Below the pieces are notes generated by a model. That model saw only the letters and a program-made list of their open reading frames with translations, made no database searches and had not been told where the DNA came from. The position numbers were made by a program, and so were the translations under genes. A DNA stretch of 58,570 nt from Acidobacteriota bacterium (GTDB lineage Bacteria; Acidobacteriota; UBA4820; DSQY01): the NCBI GenBank assembly GCA_049967655.1, contig JBMFSH010000017.1:1-58570 (forward strand), read 5' to 3'. Below are positions 1-8,569 of this stretch, one piece after another. Numbering within the stretch: the first letter of the stretch is position 1; each line of letters begins with the position of its first letter.

Positions 1-334
1 GGGTGAATGAGGGCCTTTGGTGCGGCCGAAGGGCCGGCCGCGATGAATCGCGGCCGCTACGGTGGATGTGCAACCTCCAAGTCGCTGGCTTGCCTCTGGT
101 GCCGCCGCAACTTGTTGCGGCCGAAGGAGAATGGGAGAGACAGGCGCCTCGCCTGTCGAGTACCGCTGGCCTGCACAGGCGGGGGCGCCTGTGCCTCCCG
201 TGAAAGAGGGCCTTCGATGAATCGCGCCCTGGTGAGCGCTCCTACGGTGCATGAAGGCCTTCGATGCGGCGGGCGAGGGCGCCCGCCCCACAGGGGCCGC
301 TCCACCCTCCACCAACCACCACCGCCCCCTCTTT

Positions 335-430
335 GGCCGTCATCCTGGCAAGCGAAGCGCGTCCAGGATCGCGCGGGTGCTGGACAAAGCGGATGATTCC
401 GGACTCCCTCCGGTCGCCGGAATGACGGCC
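335..430 (+). repeat. GTCATCC...GGAATGAC palindromic dispersed element (copy 1)
   Basis: Ends GGCCGTCAT/ATGACGGCC; homologous to the reverse complement of 45817-45904. Confidence 0.85.
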
Positions 431-465
431 AAGGAGGGCGGTCGCTCCACCGGCCTGTCAACCCA

Positions 466-489
466 TCGCGCTCTGGAGAGCGCTCCTAC
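466..489 (-). repeat. GTAG-led REP-like palindrome GTAGGAGCGCTCTCCAGAGCGCGA
   Basis: Identical copy at 52444-52467; variants at 222-245, 27768-27791, 30030-30053. Confidence 0.85.
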
Positions 490-532
490 AAGGGGAACAC
501 GGAACGGAGTGTCCCGCCTTCGCCGCCCCGCC

Positions 533-1852
533 TCAAAACACCGGATCGGGGTCCTCGGGGCCGCGCCAGACGCCGGCCTCGTCCCTCCGCCAGAAGTCGG
601 CGGGGCAGGAGGAGCGCTCCACGAGCTCGCGGAGGGGGGCGAGCCAGCAGGGATTCTCGCCGAGGGCCACGAGCCCCTCGGCGGCGGTCATGAGCATCTT
701 GCGCAGGACCACCTCGGCGGGCGGACCCACGGGGGGCTGCCAGTGCGGGCCGTACCGGGCGGCCTCCAGCAGGGAGCGCCTCAGGAGGGCCGGGGTGTAG
801 GCCGGCCGGAGGGCGTCCCACTCGGCGAGCGGTCCCTCCAGCGCCAGCAGTCCCTTGAAGAGGGCGGCCGCGGCCATGGCCAGAGGAAGGGGCAGGGAGT
901 CGAGGGTGCGGATTTCGACGTAGCCGCGCAGGCGCACCTCGGGGAAGCAGGTGCTCAGGTGCAGGTCCCAGTCCTCCAGCGTCACGGGCCCGAGTTCGCC
1001 CGGACTCTTGAGGAGCCGCCGGAAGGTGCGCTCCCCGACGGGCACGTAAGCCCCGTTGCGCATGAGGAAGAGGACGGGGCGGTCCAGGGCGTAGCGGACG
1101 AGCTCGGCGTAGCCGAGGCGCTCCGAGAAGAGGAAGCCCGGCACGCCGCACCGGCGGGGGTCGGTGCCCCGCCAGATCCAGGGCCGCTGGCTGAGCCAGC
1201 GCGTGCGCCTACCGCCGGCCACGGGGGCGTTGGCGGTGAAGGCCACAAGGTAGGGCAAGGCGGCCAACGCCCCGCGGGTCTTCGCGGCCATGTCCGCCTC
1301 GTCCTGGTAGTCCAGGGCCACCTGGGTGGCGGCGGTGAGTTTCATCATGCGGCGGCCCCTCGCGCCCGCGGCCTCGAGGTGCCGTTTCAGGAGGAGGTAC
1401 CGCCTCTTGGGCACGTCGGGAAGGTCCTCGGGACCGTTGTGGGGCGCGACACCCCACGGGACGAGCCGGAAGCCGCGCCGCCGGGCCTCGCCGTCCACCT
1501 CCTTGAGCACCCTGGCCAGGAAGCGGTGGACCGTTTCCAAGCTGTCCACGGGAGGCGAGGCGATCTCCACCTGGCCCCCCGGCTCCAGGGCCACCATGCC
1601 TCCGCCCCTCAGCCGGACGGCCGTCACGTGGCCGTTCTCTCGAACCGCCTCGTGCGGCGGCGAGAGGGCGGCCAGCAGCGACTCCACCCCCCGCTCGCCC
1701 GCGTAGGGCACGAGGCGGCTGGAGGGGTCCACCGGGAGCTGCTCCCACTCCACCCCGAGACGCCCCCTCACGGGCTCCTTCGGCTCGAAGGCGGCACAGA
1801 GCTGGGAGAGCGATTCGACGGGCGTCTTGTCGCCGGGACGGTCAGTGCTCAT
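533..1852 (-). CDS. Glutamate--cysteine ligase (GCS2 family, GshA/EgtA-like)
   Basis: Motifs LGVEWE, ALEPGGQVE, MMKLTAATQVALD, HLSTCFPEVRLRGYVEIR. Confidence 0.85.
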   Translation of the reverse strand: MSTDRPGDKTPVESLSQLCAAFEPKEPVRGRLGVEWEQLPVDPSSRLVPYAGERGVESLLAALSPPHEAVRENGHVTAVRLRGGGMVALEPGGQVEIASPPVDSLETVHRFLARVLKEVDGEARRRGFRLVPWGVAPHNGPEDLPDVPKRRYLLLKRHLEAAGARGRRMMKLTAATQVALDYQDEADMAAKTRGALAALPYLVAFTANAPVAGGRRTRWLSQRPWIWRGTDPRRCGVPGFLFSERLGYAELVRYALDRPVLFLMRNGAYVPVGERTFRRLLKSPGELGPVTLEDWDLHLSTCFPEVRLRGYVEIRTLDSLPLPLAMAAAALFKGLLALEGPLAEWDALRPAYTPALLRRSLLEAARYGPHWQPPVGPPAEVVLRKMLMTAAEGLVALGENPCWLAPLRELVERSSCPADFWRRDEAGVWRGPEDPDPVF

Positions 1853-1854
1853 GG

Positions 1855-2050
1855 GGGAGTGAGGAGTGAGGAGTGAGGAGCGAGACGCAAGATGGAAGAC
1901 GGGAGAAGCGATTAAGTGAGACGCAATTAAGCGAGAAGCGATTAAGCAAGGAGCGGTTGAGCGAGACGCGAGAGGCGAGACGCGAGACGCGAGACGCGAG
2001 ACGCAAGGAGAACTTCGTTTCCCTAATCACCTAGTCACCTAGTCCCCTAC
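1855..2050. repeat. Compound intergenic tandem repeats (GGAGTGA, GCGATTAA, GAGACGC, CCTAGTCA units)
   Basis: Read directly from sequence. Confidence 0.9.
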
Positions 2051-3659
2051 TCCCCCCCCCGTGCTTCCGTTTCCAGCCCTGATAGCGCTCCAGGTAGTCC
2101 GCCAGGACCCTCTCGGGCTCCAGGTGGAGGTACTGGGCGAGCTGCTTCACGAAGCCCTTCAGGTAGATGAGGCCCGGGAGCACGTCGAACCGCTCGGCCT
2201 CGATGGACTCCAGGTACCACGAGCGGATGTTGGTCTCCTCCACGATCTCGGCGAGGGAGATGCCCTGCGCCTCACGGATCTTGCGCAGGCCTGGCCCGTC
2301 GAAGATCTTCACCTCCTGGAGGACCGCCTCCAGGCTCTTCTGCACACGCAGCGCTCCCGTGTCTTCCACGGGCGTCCCGCCCTGGGGGGCCGGGGCGGCC
2401 GGGTGGGCCCCCTCCGCCGCGGGCTCGCGGTACTCCGCCACGCGCTGTTCGGCGCTCATCTGACCGGCGGCGATGAGCTCCTCGTCGTACTTCTGGCGGA
2501 GGCTCGTGGTGATGAGGGTCTTGTAGGCGTCGTCGATCATCTCGCGGATGGCCTCCCGCTCCTCCTTGGTGTAGAGGCTCAGGGTGAGCGGCGAGGTCTC
2601 CTGGTAGGGCTCCATGACCTTGGCGTAGGCGGACTGGATCTCCTTGGTCGTGGCGTTGTAGGGGGCCTCGATGAGCTGGTAGGCGTTCATCTCGCTCAGC
2701 GGTAGCGGGGTCAGGTGCCCCTCCTCGGGCCGGGGCTCCTTCTCCTCCTTCAAGATGGCGTTGGCGACCTTCTCCACGGAGAGGCTGTAGGGGCACATGG
2801 GGAAGACCTTGGCGATGGGTTCGAGGTTCCGCTGGGCCTGGGCCGCCTGGGCGTCCCAATCCAGGCCGCCGAGGAAGCGGAAGGGGCAGACGAAGTAGCG
2901 CCGCAGCAGGCTCTCGAGCTGGGCGCCGAGCCGCGTCTCCTTGTCCGAGGTGAGCCCCGTCTGCGCAAAGGAGAAGCGGCGCGAGCGGATGGCCCGCTCC
3001 ACCGCGGCCAGGTCCTCCTCGCGCGTCTCGGGCAGCTCCCAGAAGCCCGCCAGCGGGGAGCTGGCGTTGATCGACGAGGAGAGCGCCTGGTAGCGCTTCT
3101 TGTTCAGGCTCTCCATGAGGAGCCGCCGGAGCACCGCCCGGAGGAAGCGGTAGAAGGGCTCCACGCCCACGGGAGTGGCCTGCACCACCACCACCGGCAG
3201 GTGGCCCGCCAGGAAGAAGTCGAGGGCGTCCATCCCGGTGCCCGCCCCGGCGTCCACGATCACGTAGTCGTAAGGGAGGTTCGAGAGGCTGCTCAGGAGC
3301 TTCTGCTTGGTCAGGTAGGCCATGTTGGCCACTTCGGGAAGATCGGGACAGCCGGCGAGCAGAGAGAGATTGTTGACCGAGGTGGGCACCACGGCCTCCT
3401 TCACCTCGGTGGCCTCCTTGAGGACGAGGCTGCCCAGGTGGCGCTCGGGCTTGAGCACGCCGAGGGCCAGGTGGCAGCCGGCCTCGGTGAGGGCCAGGTC
3501 CGCCAGGAGAACGGTCTTGCCCTTTTTCGCCAGGTGGATGCCCAGGTTGGCGGCCAGGAGGGTGGTTCCCACGCCGCCGGTGGCGGAGGCGAAGGAGAGA
3601 ATCCTCGGGCACGCTTCGCCTTCCGCGCCGAAGAGGTTCGAGGGGGTTTCCGCAGCCAT
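2031..3659 (-). CDS. FlhG/FleN/MinD-like P-loop protein fused to a J-like domain and C-terminal RodZ/XRE-type HTH
   Basis: SATGGVGTT (deviant Walker A without lysines), VIVDAGAG; NAYQLIEAPYNATTKEIQSAY is J-like with no HPD; GPGLRKIREAQGISLAEI...YLESIEAERF...YLKGFVKQLAQYL is HTH_25-like. Confidence 0.75.
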   Translation of the reverse strand: MAAETPSNLFGAEGEACPRILSFASATGGVGTTLLAANLGIHLAKKGKTVLLADLALTEAGCHLALGVLKPERHLGSLVLKEATEVKEAVVPTSVNNLSLLAGCPDLPEVANMAYLTKQKLLSSLSNLPYDYVIVDAGAGTGMDALDFFLAGHLPVVVVQATPVGVEPFYRFLRAVLRRLLMESLNKKRYQALSSSINASSPLAGFWELPETREEDLAAVERAIRSRRFSFAQTGLTSDKETRLGAQLESLLRRYFVCPFRFLGGLDWDAQAAQAQRNLEPIAKVFPMCPYSLSVEKVANAILKEEKEPRPEEGHLTPLPLSEMNAYQLIEAPYNATTKEIQSAYAKVMEPYQETSPLTLSLYTKEEREAIREMIDDAYKTLITTSLRQKYDEELIAAGQMSAEQRVAEYREPAAEGAHPAAPAPQGGTPVEDTGALRVQKSLEAVLQEVKIFDGPGLRKIREAQGISLAEIVEETNIRSWYLESIEAERFDVLPGLIYLKGFVKQLAQYLHLEPERVLADYLERYQGWKRKHGGGSRGLGD

Positions 3660-3709
3660 CGTGAACTCCTAGCTCGCAAGGATACCCCAGGCGGCGCCCG
3701 CATGGCAAA

Positions 3710-3763
3710 CGGGTGGAGGGCGGGGCGGTGGAGGGTGGAGAGTGGAGGGTGGAGGGTGGAGGG
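3710..3763. repeat. GGTGGAG 7-mer tandem repeat
   Basis: gggtggagagtggagggtggagggtggaggg. Confidence 0.85.
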
Positions 3764-3839
3764 GCCGATCCAGCGGCCGGCCGCACCGCGAAGGCCTCTT
3801 GCGCCGAGGCGCCCCCTTCATCTATAGTAATGTTCTGGC

Positions 3840-3916
3840 GCGCCCGTGGCTCAATTGGATAGAGCATCGGCCTACGGAGCCGGAGGTTACAGGTTCGAGT
3901 CCTGTCGGGCGCACCA
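3840..3916 (+). tRNA. tRNA-Arg (anticodon ACG)
   Basis: Cloverleaf with acceptor GCGCCCG/CGGGCGC, D arm GCTC..GAGC, anticodon loop CT-ACG-GA, T arm ACAGG-TTCGAGT-CCTGT and encoded CCA. Confidence 0.97.
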
Positions 3917-3946
3917 CTTCAAACCTTCACCCATCAAGAGTTTGAC

Positions 3947-4160
3947 TCAACGGGGCGCCAGCGGCCTCCGCCTCCTTGCAGGGTCGTGAAACCGGAAGTC
4001 CTCCAGGCCCGCCGCGAAGACCGCGTATTCCCAGTGCTTGCGGAGCCGGTCCCACTCGCCGCCCTCGCTGTTTCTGAAGGCCAACGCGCTGCGGTCAAGG
4101 GAGTGGGGCAACTCCCGGAAAACATCCATGGCCACGCTGTTGAGCAGAGGTCTTCCCTCT
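3947..4160 (-). pseudogene. Tyrosine recombinase/integrase C-terminal fragment
   Basis: PLLNSVAMDVFRELP...W..AVFAAGLEDFRFHD matches the region before the HDLRH box. The motif breaks after HD, there is no N-terminus, and it lies next to the tRNA 3' end. Confidence 0.65.
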
Positions 4161-4161
4161 C

Positions 4162-4602
4162 TCACGCCATCAGCTCCGGGTGCTTCTTCTGAAGCCATGT
4201 CTCCACGCGGCTCTTCAGCTCCGCAGCGAAGGCGACCGCTTCAGCTGCCTCCTGATCGGAGACGGCCCCGGCTACCTCGTAGTCGCACAGGTTGCGCTTC
4301 TTGCGGAAGGTGTCCAGTTGCCGCACCTGGCTCGCGGGAAGGCCCAGCGTGTGAGCGAGGGATTCGATCACCCTGTAGTGGTGGGCGTCCCGCGAAGCGC
4401 GGAAACCCTCGGCGGCGAGGGCGGCGGTGGCGGCCTGGAGTGCCGCGGCGTAGGCGATGGCCAGCTTCCGATCAGGGCTTAAGCCCGGGAGCGCACAGTC
4501 CTTCAGGTCCCGCGCGATGACATCCAGATGGGCGCGGGTCTCCTCAGGGCTTGGGACGTGCTCGACGAGCCATCCGTTTTTCAACCAGTCGTTCAAGCTC
4601 AT
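4162..4602 (-). CDS. HEPN-domain protein (putative toxin)
   Basis: AYAAALQAATAALAAEGFR...HH, RKKRNLCDY (Rx4Y-type motif); overlaps the upstream MNT gene. Confidence 0.75.
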   Translation of the reverse strand: MSLNDWLKNGWLVEHVPSPEETRAHLDVIARDLKDCALPGLSPDRKLAIAYAAALQAATAALAAEGFRASRDAHHYRVIESLAHTLGLPASQVRQLDTFRKKRNLCDYEVAGAVSDQEAAEAVAFAAELKSRVETWLQKKHPELMA

Positions 4603-5188
4603 CAGCGTCTCCGATCAGGAAAACCTTCGGCCCCCGGATCACGGCGGCCAAGAAGGCGTGTCCAGACGCCGCCTTGGCGCTGAACTCAGCAGGCGGATAG
4701 ACCGTGGGGTTGATCTCCCGGCCCAGGCGCTCCTGGGCGGGAGCGAGAGCCTCGACTACCCTGGAGAGCGTCACGTCCCCAATGACCATCACGTCTACAT
4801 CGCTCCGGGGGCCCTGGCGCTCGGCGGCAAAGCTGCCGTAGAGGAAGGCGGTCTGGATGTGATCGGCCAGGACCAGAAGCGCGTCTCGGAGGACATCCGC
4901 AACGCCCGCCGTCTTCACGACGAGCGTTCGCAATTCTTGAAAGATGGGGCAGTCCGGGTTCGCCTGGTAGTAGACCTGACGCCCGCTGGGCCGCCGGGTC
5001 AGAATGCCCACCGCCGCGAGCTGTTCCAATTCCCGCTGAACCACACCGTTGCCTGTGGCCGCGTAACGGGCCACCTGGCGGACGTAGAACGCCTCCTCGG
5101 GCCGCCCGAAGGTCAGGGCGAGCACGGCGCGCCGTGTCTTGCCGAAGAGAAGGGTTCCCAGAGAGGTGGGTCTTCCTGTTGCACTCAT
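4544..5188 (-). CDS. HTH plus minimal nucleotidyltransferase (MNT) antitoxin
   Basis: N-terminal wHTH (FYVRQVAR...VQRELEQL), LYGSFA...SDVDVMVIGD, LGREINPTVY; ATG at 5188 just downstream of a promoter. Confidence 0.8.
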   Translation of the reverse strand: MSATGRPTSLGTLLFGKTRRAVLALTFGRPEEAFYVRQVARYAATGNGVVQRELEQLAAVGILTRRPSGRQVYYQANPDCPIFQELRTLVVKTAGVADVLRDALLVLADHIQTAFLYGSFAAERQGPRSDVDVMVIGDVTLSRVVEALAPAQERLGREINPTVYPPAEFSAKAASGHAFLAAVIRGPKVFLIGDADELERLVEKRMARRARPKP

Positions 5189-5226
5189 TTCAGGTGCAAT
5201 TGTACCCCTTTTAGGTGCGTAGTCAA
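5181..5226 (-). promoter_or_regulatory. Sigma70-like promoter (TTGACT-16-TACAAT) overlapped by two 17-bp imperfect palindromes, probable operator
   Basis: Plus-strand boxes GCACTCATTTCAGGTGC (5181-5197) and GTACCCCTTTTAGGTGC (5202-5218) separated by AATT. Confidence 0.65.
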
Positions 5227-5465
5227 GCCCCGGGTGGGTTGGGACAGGGTCGGTGGTGGTACGGGTCGCAGCTTGTAAGCGGGACTTACGAGTCGGCCTC
5301 AGAAGGTTTGCCCAGCGGTCGCTTGAGAGGGGATCGGATTCATCGGGGCCTTCGCCTTCGCGACTGGCTGTCGCTAGCGTCCCCCGTCTCTTGACCGCCC
5401 CTGAATTTTCCCGCATGGTGAGGGGGCGGGCCCGAGGGATCCGCTCGATAAAGGAGAAGATTCAC

Positions 5466-6062
5466 ATGAAGAAAGAAGGGCTGCTCATGCTCGTGGCCGG
5501 CGCCGTACTGGGCGCGGTCCTCGGCTTTATCGCCACGAACTCCTACTACACCCGGAAGATGGCCTCCGCGCCCCCCGCCGCGGCGCCGCAGGAGGCCCAG
5601 GCCCAGCAGGGGCAGGGGCAGGGACAGGGGCAGGGCGAGCAGGGCTTCAACTCGGCGCAGCACGAGGCCATGCTGGCCCAGATCAAGGAGGAGCTGGCGA
5701 AGGATCCCACGAACGTGGAGAAGCGCGTCCTGCTCGGCAACATCTATTTCGACGCCAAGAAGTTCGACGAGGCGATCCCCTGGTACGAGCAGGCGGTCAA
5801 GCTCGACCCCAAGAACACCGACGTGATGACCGACCTCGGGGTCTGCTACCGCAACGTGGGCAAGCCGGACGAGGCCCTGGCCATGTTCCAGAAGGCTCTC
5901 TCCGTGGACCCCGGCAAGAGGCAGGCGCTCTTCAACGAGGCGGTGGTGGTCGGTTTCGACAAGGGGGACAAGGCGAAGGCCAGGGGGATCGTCAAGGAGC
6001 TTGAGGCCAAGTATCCGGACGACTCCATGATCCAGCAGCTGGCGAAGGAGCTGGGACAGTAG
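5466..6062 (+). CDS. Membrane-anchored TPR protein
   Basis: N-terminal TM helix, QG-repeat linker, TPR motifs (LGNIYFDAKKFDEAIPWYEQAVKLDP); RBS AAGGAG. Confidence 0.85.
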   Translation: MKKEGLLMLVAGAVLGAVLGFIATNSYYTRKMASAPPAAAPQEAQAQQGQGQGQGQGEQGFNSAQHEAMLAQIKEELAKDPTNVEKRVLLGNIYFDAKKFDEAIPWYEQAVKLDPKNTDVMTDLGVCYRNVGKPDEALAMFQKALSVDPGKRQALFNEAVVVGFDKGDKAKARGIVKELEAKYPDDSMIQQLAKELGQ

Positions 6063-6275
6063 TGTGCCGTACCAGGGACTGGGGTGCCATGGAAGCAGGT
6101 GACGGCGAGCGCACGGAGAGAGGCGGGAAGGTAGCCTCCCCACGCTTCCGGGACGGCGGCCCGCCGCGGGAGGGCGCCCTGGGGGCGGAGCCCCTCGGGA
6201 AGGGGCGCGCCCCTGGAAGAGACCCGGGCAGACTCCATACGGAGACACCGCCCTAGGCCGCGGGGGAGGGAGCGC

Positions 6276-7034
6276 ATGGGGTCCGCGGGGAGCCGCCAGG
6301 AACTCGTGGCCTTCGGCCGCCGCCTCCACGAGAAAGGCTTCGTGGCGGGGACCGACGGGAACCTGTCGGTGCGGCTGGGCACCGGCGGCTTCTTGGCTAC
6401 GCCCACGGGCCTTCCCAAGGGGGAGCTCCGGGAGGAGATGATCGTGGAGCTGGACGCCGCGGGCCGTCCCTCCTCCGGCAGGCCCTCCACCGAATGGCCC
6501 ATGCACCGGGCCATCTATGAAGCCAGGAGCGACGTGGGCGCGGTGGTGCACGCCCATCCGCCCTTCGCCACCGCCCTGGCCTGTGCCGGCCACGCCATCG
6601 ACCGCCCCTTCCTCTCCGAGATGGTCATCTCCCTCGGCCCCGTCCCGCTCGTCCCCTTCGCGCTGCCCTCCACCCAGGAGCTGGCCGTCAAGGTAGCCGA
6701 AGCCCTGCGGGAGAGCCAGGGCGTGCTCATGGCCAATCACGGGGCTGTGACCGTGGGCCTCGACCTGCGCACGGCCTACTACCGCATGGAGACCCTGGAG
6801 CAGACCGCGCGGATCTTCCTCTACTCGGAGCTGCTCGGCGGCGGCAAACCGCTTCCGCCGCCTGTGGTGGAATCGTTGAAAGACCTCGGGGCGGGTTACG
6901 GCCTGGCTCCCCTTCCCTCGCCCGCCTGCGAGCACTGCCCGGTCACCCGGGGGGGCGAGGGCTTCCCCGTGGGGCGGGAGGAGCTCGTGCAGCTCCTGGC
7001 GGAGTTCGCCCGGAATCGGGGGAACGGGGGTTAG
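6276..7034 (+). CDS. Class II aldolase/adducin family protein (FucA-like), BMC-associated
   Basis: GTDGNLSVR, PSTEWPMH, VVHAHP, NHG metal ligands; C-terminal CEHC plus amphipathic helix. Confidence 0.9.
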   Translation: MGSAGSRQELVAFGRRLHEKGFVAGTDGNLSVRLGTGGFLATPTGLPKGELREEMIVELDAAGRPSSGRPSTEWPMHRAIYEARSDVGAVVHAHPPFATALACAGHAIDRPFLSEMVISLGPVPLVPFALPSTQELAVKVAEALRESQGVLMANHGAVTVGLDLRTAYYRMETLEQTARIFLYSELLGGGKPLPPPVVESLKDLGAGYGLAPLPSPACEHCPVTRGGEGFPVGREELVQLLAEFARNRGNGG

Positions 7035-7062
7035 GGGATGAGGGGACGAGGTGATGAGGGGG

Positions 7063-7140
7063 TTAAGCGATTAAGTGATTAAGTGATTAAGTGATTAAGC
7101 GATTAAGTAATTAAGCGATTACGCGATTAGGCGATTAGGC
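7063..7140. repeat. About 10 copies of the 8-mer TTAAGYGA
   Basis: ttaagcga ttaagtga ttaagtga ttaagtga ttaagcga ttaagtaa ttaagcga ttacgcga ttaggcga ttaggc. Confidence 0.95.
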
Positions 7141-7272
7141 TGGGGAACGATACCTCACGCGACCCGGCCGCCATTCGGCCTTTGCCCCTCGATCCCCCAT
7201 CCCTCATCCCCATTGTCCTCTCCCACCCAATCCAGTAAGATGAAGCTCCGAACCTTCTGAGAGGAGGCAGGT

Positions 7273-7572
7273 ATGGCTGAGTACGGCGAGGCCCTGGGAA
7301 TGATCGAAACGAAGGGCTTGGTGGCCATGATCGAGGCGTCCGACGCCATGGTCAAGGCGGCCAAGGTGACCCTCATCGGTTGGGAAAAGGTCGGCGGGGC
7401 CTACGTGACGGCCATCGTCCGCGGTGACGTGGCCGCGGTCAAAGCCGCCACCGACGCGGGCGCCGCGGCGGCCCGCAAGGTCGGAGAGCTGGTCACGGTC
7501 CACGTCATCCCGCGGCCCCACAAGTCGCTCGAGGATGTGCTCCCCATCGGCCACTCCAGCGCCAACGACTAG
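7273..7572 (+). CDS. BMC hexameric shell protein (EutM/PduA/CcmK family)
   Basis: [10 protein letters not shown]...[10 protein letters not shown]...[10 protein letters not shown]...HVIPRPH. Confidence 0.97.
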   Translation: MAEYGEALGMIETKGLVAMIEASDAMVKAAKVTLIGWEKVGGAYVTAIVRGDVAAVKAATDAGAAAARKVGELVTVHVIPRPHKSLEDVLPIGHSSAND

Positions 7573-7575
7573 GCC

Positions 7576-7842
7576 ATGCGCCTCGGCCGGGTGGTGGGCA
7601 CCGTGGTGTCCACGCGCAAAGACCCCAAGCTCGTGGGTCTCAAATTCCTGGTCGTTAGGACCGTGACCCCAGAGCTGGAGACCGACGGCGGCTACGAGGT
7701 GGCCGTGGACACGGTCCAGGCCGGCTTCGGGGACCTGGTGATCCTCTGCACCGGCTCCTCCGCCCGCATGACGGAGCGCACCAAGGACGCCCCCGTGGAC
7801 GCCACCATCGTGGGCGTCGTGGATACCGTGAACCTGGATTAG
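7576..7842 (+). CDS. BMC pentameric vertex protein (EutN/CcmL family)
   Basis: GRVVGTVVSTRKD...AVDTVQAG...GSSAR...PVDATIVGVVD. Confidence 0.95.
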   Translation: MRLGRVVGTVVSTRKDPKLVGLKFLVVRTVTPELETDGGYEVAVDTVQAGFGDLVILCTGSSARMTERTKDAPVDATIVGVVDTVNLD

Positions 7843-8009
7843 GGGATGATGGATGAGAGACGAATGCCCGCAGACGGAAGCCTGCCGACGGCGAGTTTGG
7901 GTGCTTCGTCTTCATCCTCCACTTTCTATCATACGACGGCGGAAGGCGAACCCCCGATGACGGTTCCTTTTCTCCTCACTCCTCACTCCTCACTCCTCAC
8001 TTTCGTGCC

Positions 8010-8270
8010 ATGAACGTGGGACGAGTGGCGGGAAATTTGGTGAGCACCGTGAAGGACCCCGGCCTCGAGGGCCACCGGATCCTGCTGGTGAGGCCGCTGA
8101 ACGGGCGCGAGAAGCCGTTCTGGGCCTTGGACGCCGTGGGGGCCGGGGCGGGAGAGGTGGTCCTCTACTGCCGCCAGCGCGAGGCCTCCTACGCCTTCCG
8201 CCCCGACTTCGTCCCCTGCGACGCCTGCGTGGTGGGGATCGTGGACGAGCTCGACGAGGTGCTGCCATGA
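8010..8270 (+). CDS. BMC pentameric vertex protein (EutN/CcmL family)
   Basis: GRVAGNLVSTVKD...ALDAVGAGAGE...PCDACVVGIVD. Confidence 0.92.
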   Translation: MNVGRVAGNLVSTVKDPGLEGHRILLVRPLNGREKPFWALDAVGAGAGEVVLYCRQREASYAFRPDFVPCDACVVGIVDELDEVLP

Positions 8271-8569
8271 AACTGGCGCGGGTCGTGGGAACCGTGGTGG
8301 CGACCCAGAAGTTCCCCAAATACGAGGGGCTGAAGTTCCTCCAGGTCCAACCGCTGGACCTGGAGAAGCAGCCGCACGGCCTGCCCTTCACGGCCATCGA
8401 CATGGTGGACGCCGGGGAGGGCGACGACGTGCTGGTCTGCCTGGAGGGGCAGAGCGCCGTGGACGCCGTCGGCCTCGGCGAGAACCCCGTGGATGCGGTC
8501 ATCATGGGGGTGGTGGACGAGGTGCGATTCGTGCCGCCCCGGAGGGACAACCCGTGGACTCAAGGGTGA
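8267..8569 (+). CDS. BMC pentameric vertex protein (EutN/CcmL family)
   Basis: ARVVGTVVATQK...AIDMVDAGEGD...PVDAVIMGVVD. Confidence 0.92.
   Translation: MKLARVVGTVVATQKFPKYEGLKFLQVQPLDLEKQPHGLPFTAIDMVDAGEGDDVLVCLEGQSAVDAVGLGENPVDAVIMGVVDEVRFVPPRRDNPWTQG

Noticed and set aside
1..500. Possible CRISPR array
   Set aside because: Recurring motifs are degenerate and irregularly spaced, the intervening parts are themselves repeats, and no cas genes are present.
5230..5460. attR duplicate of the tRNA-Arg 3' end
   Set aside because: No copy of CCTGTCGGGCGCACCA seen by eye, so the island boundary is undefined.
5605..5645. CAGGGG repeat in the TPR gene as a phase-variation tract
   Set aside because: In-frame 6-mer encoding a QG linker; length change would not shift the frame.
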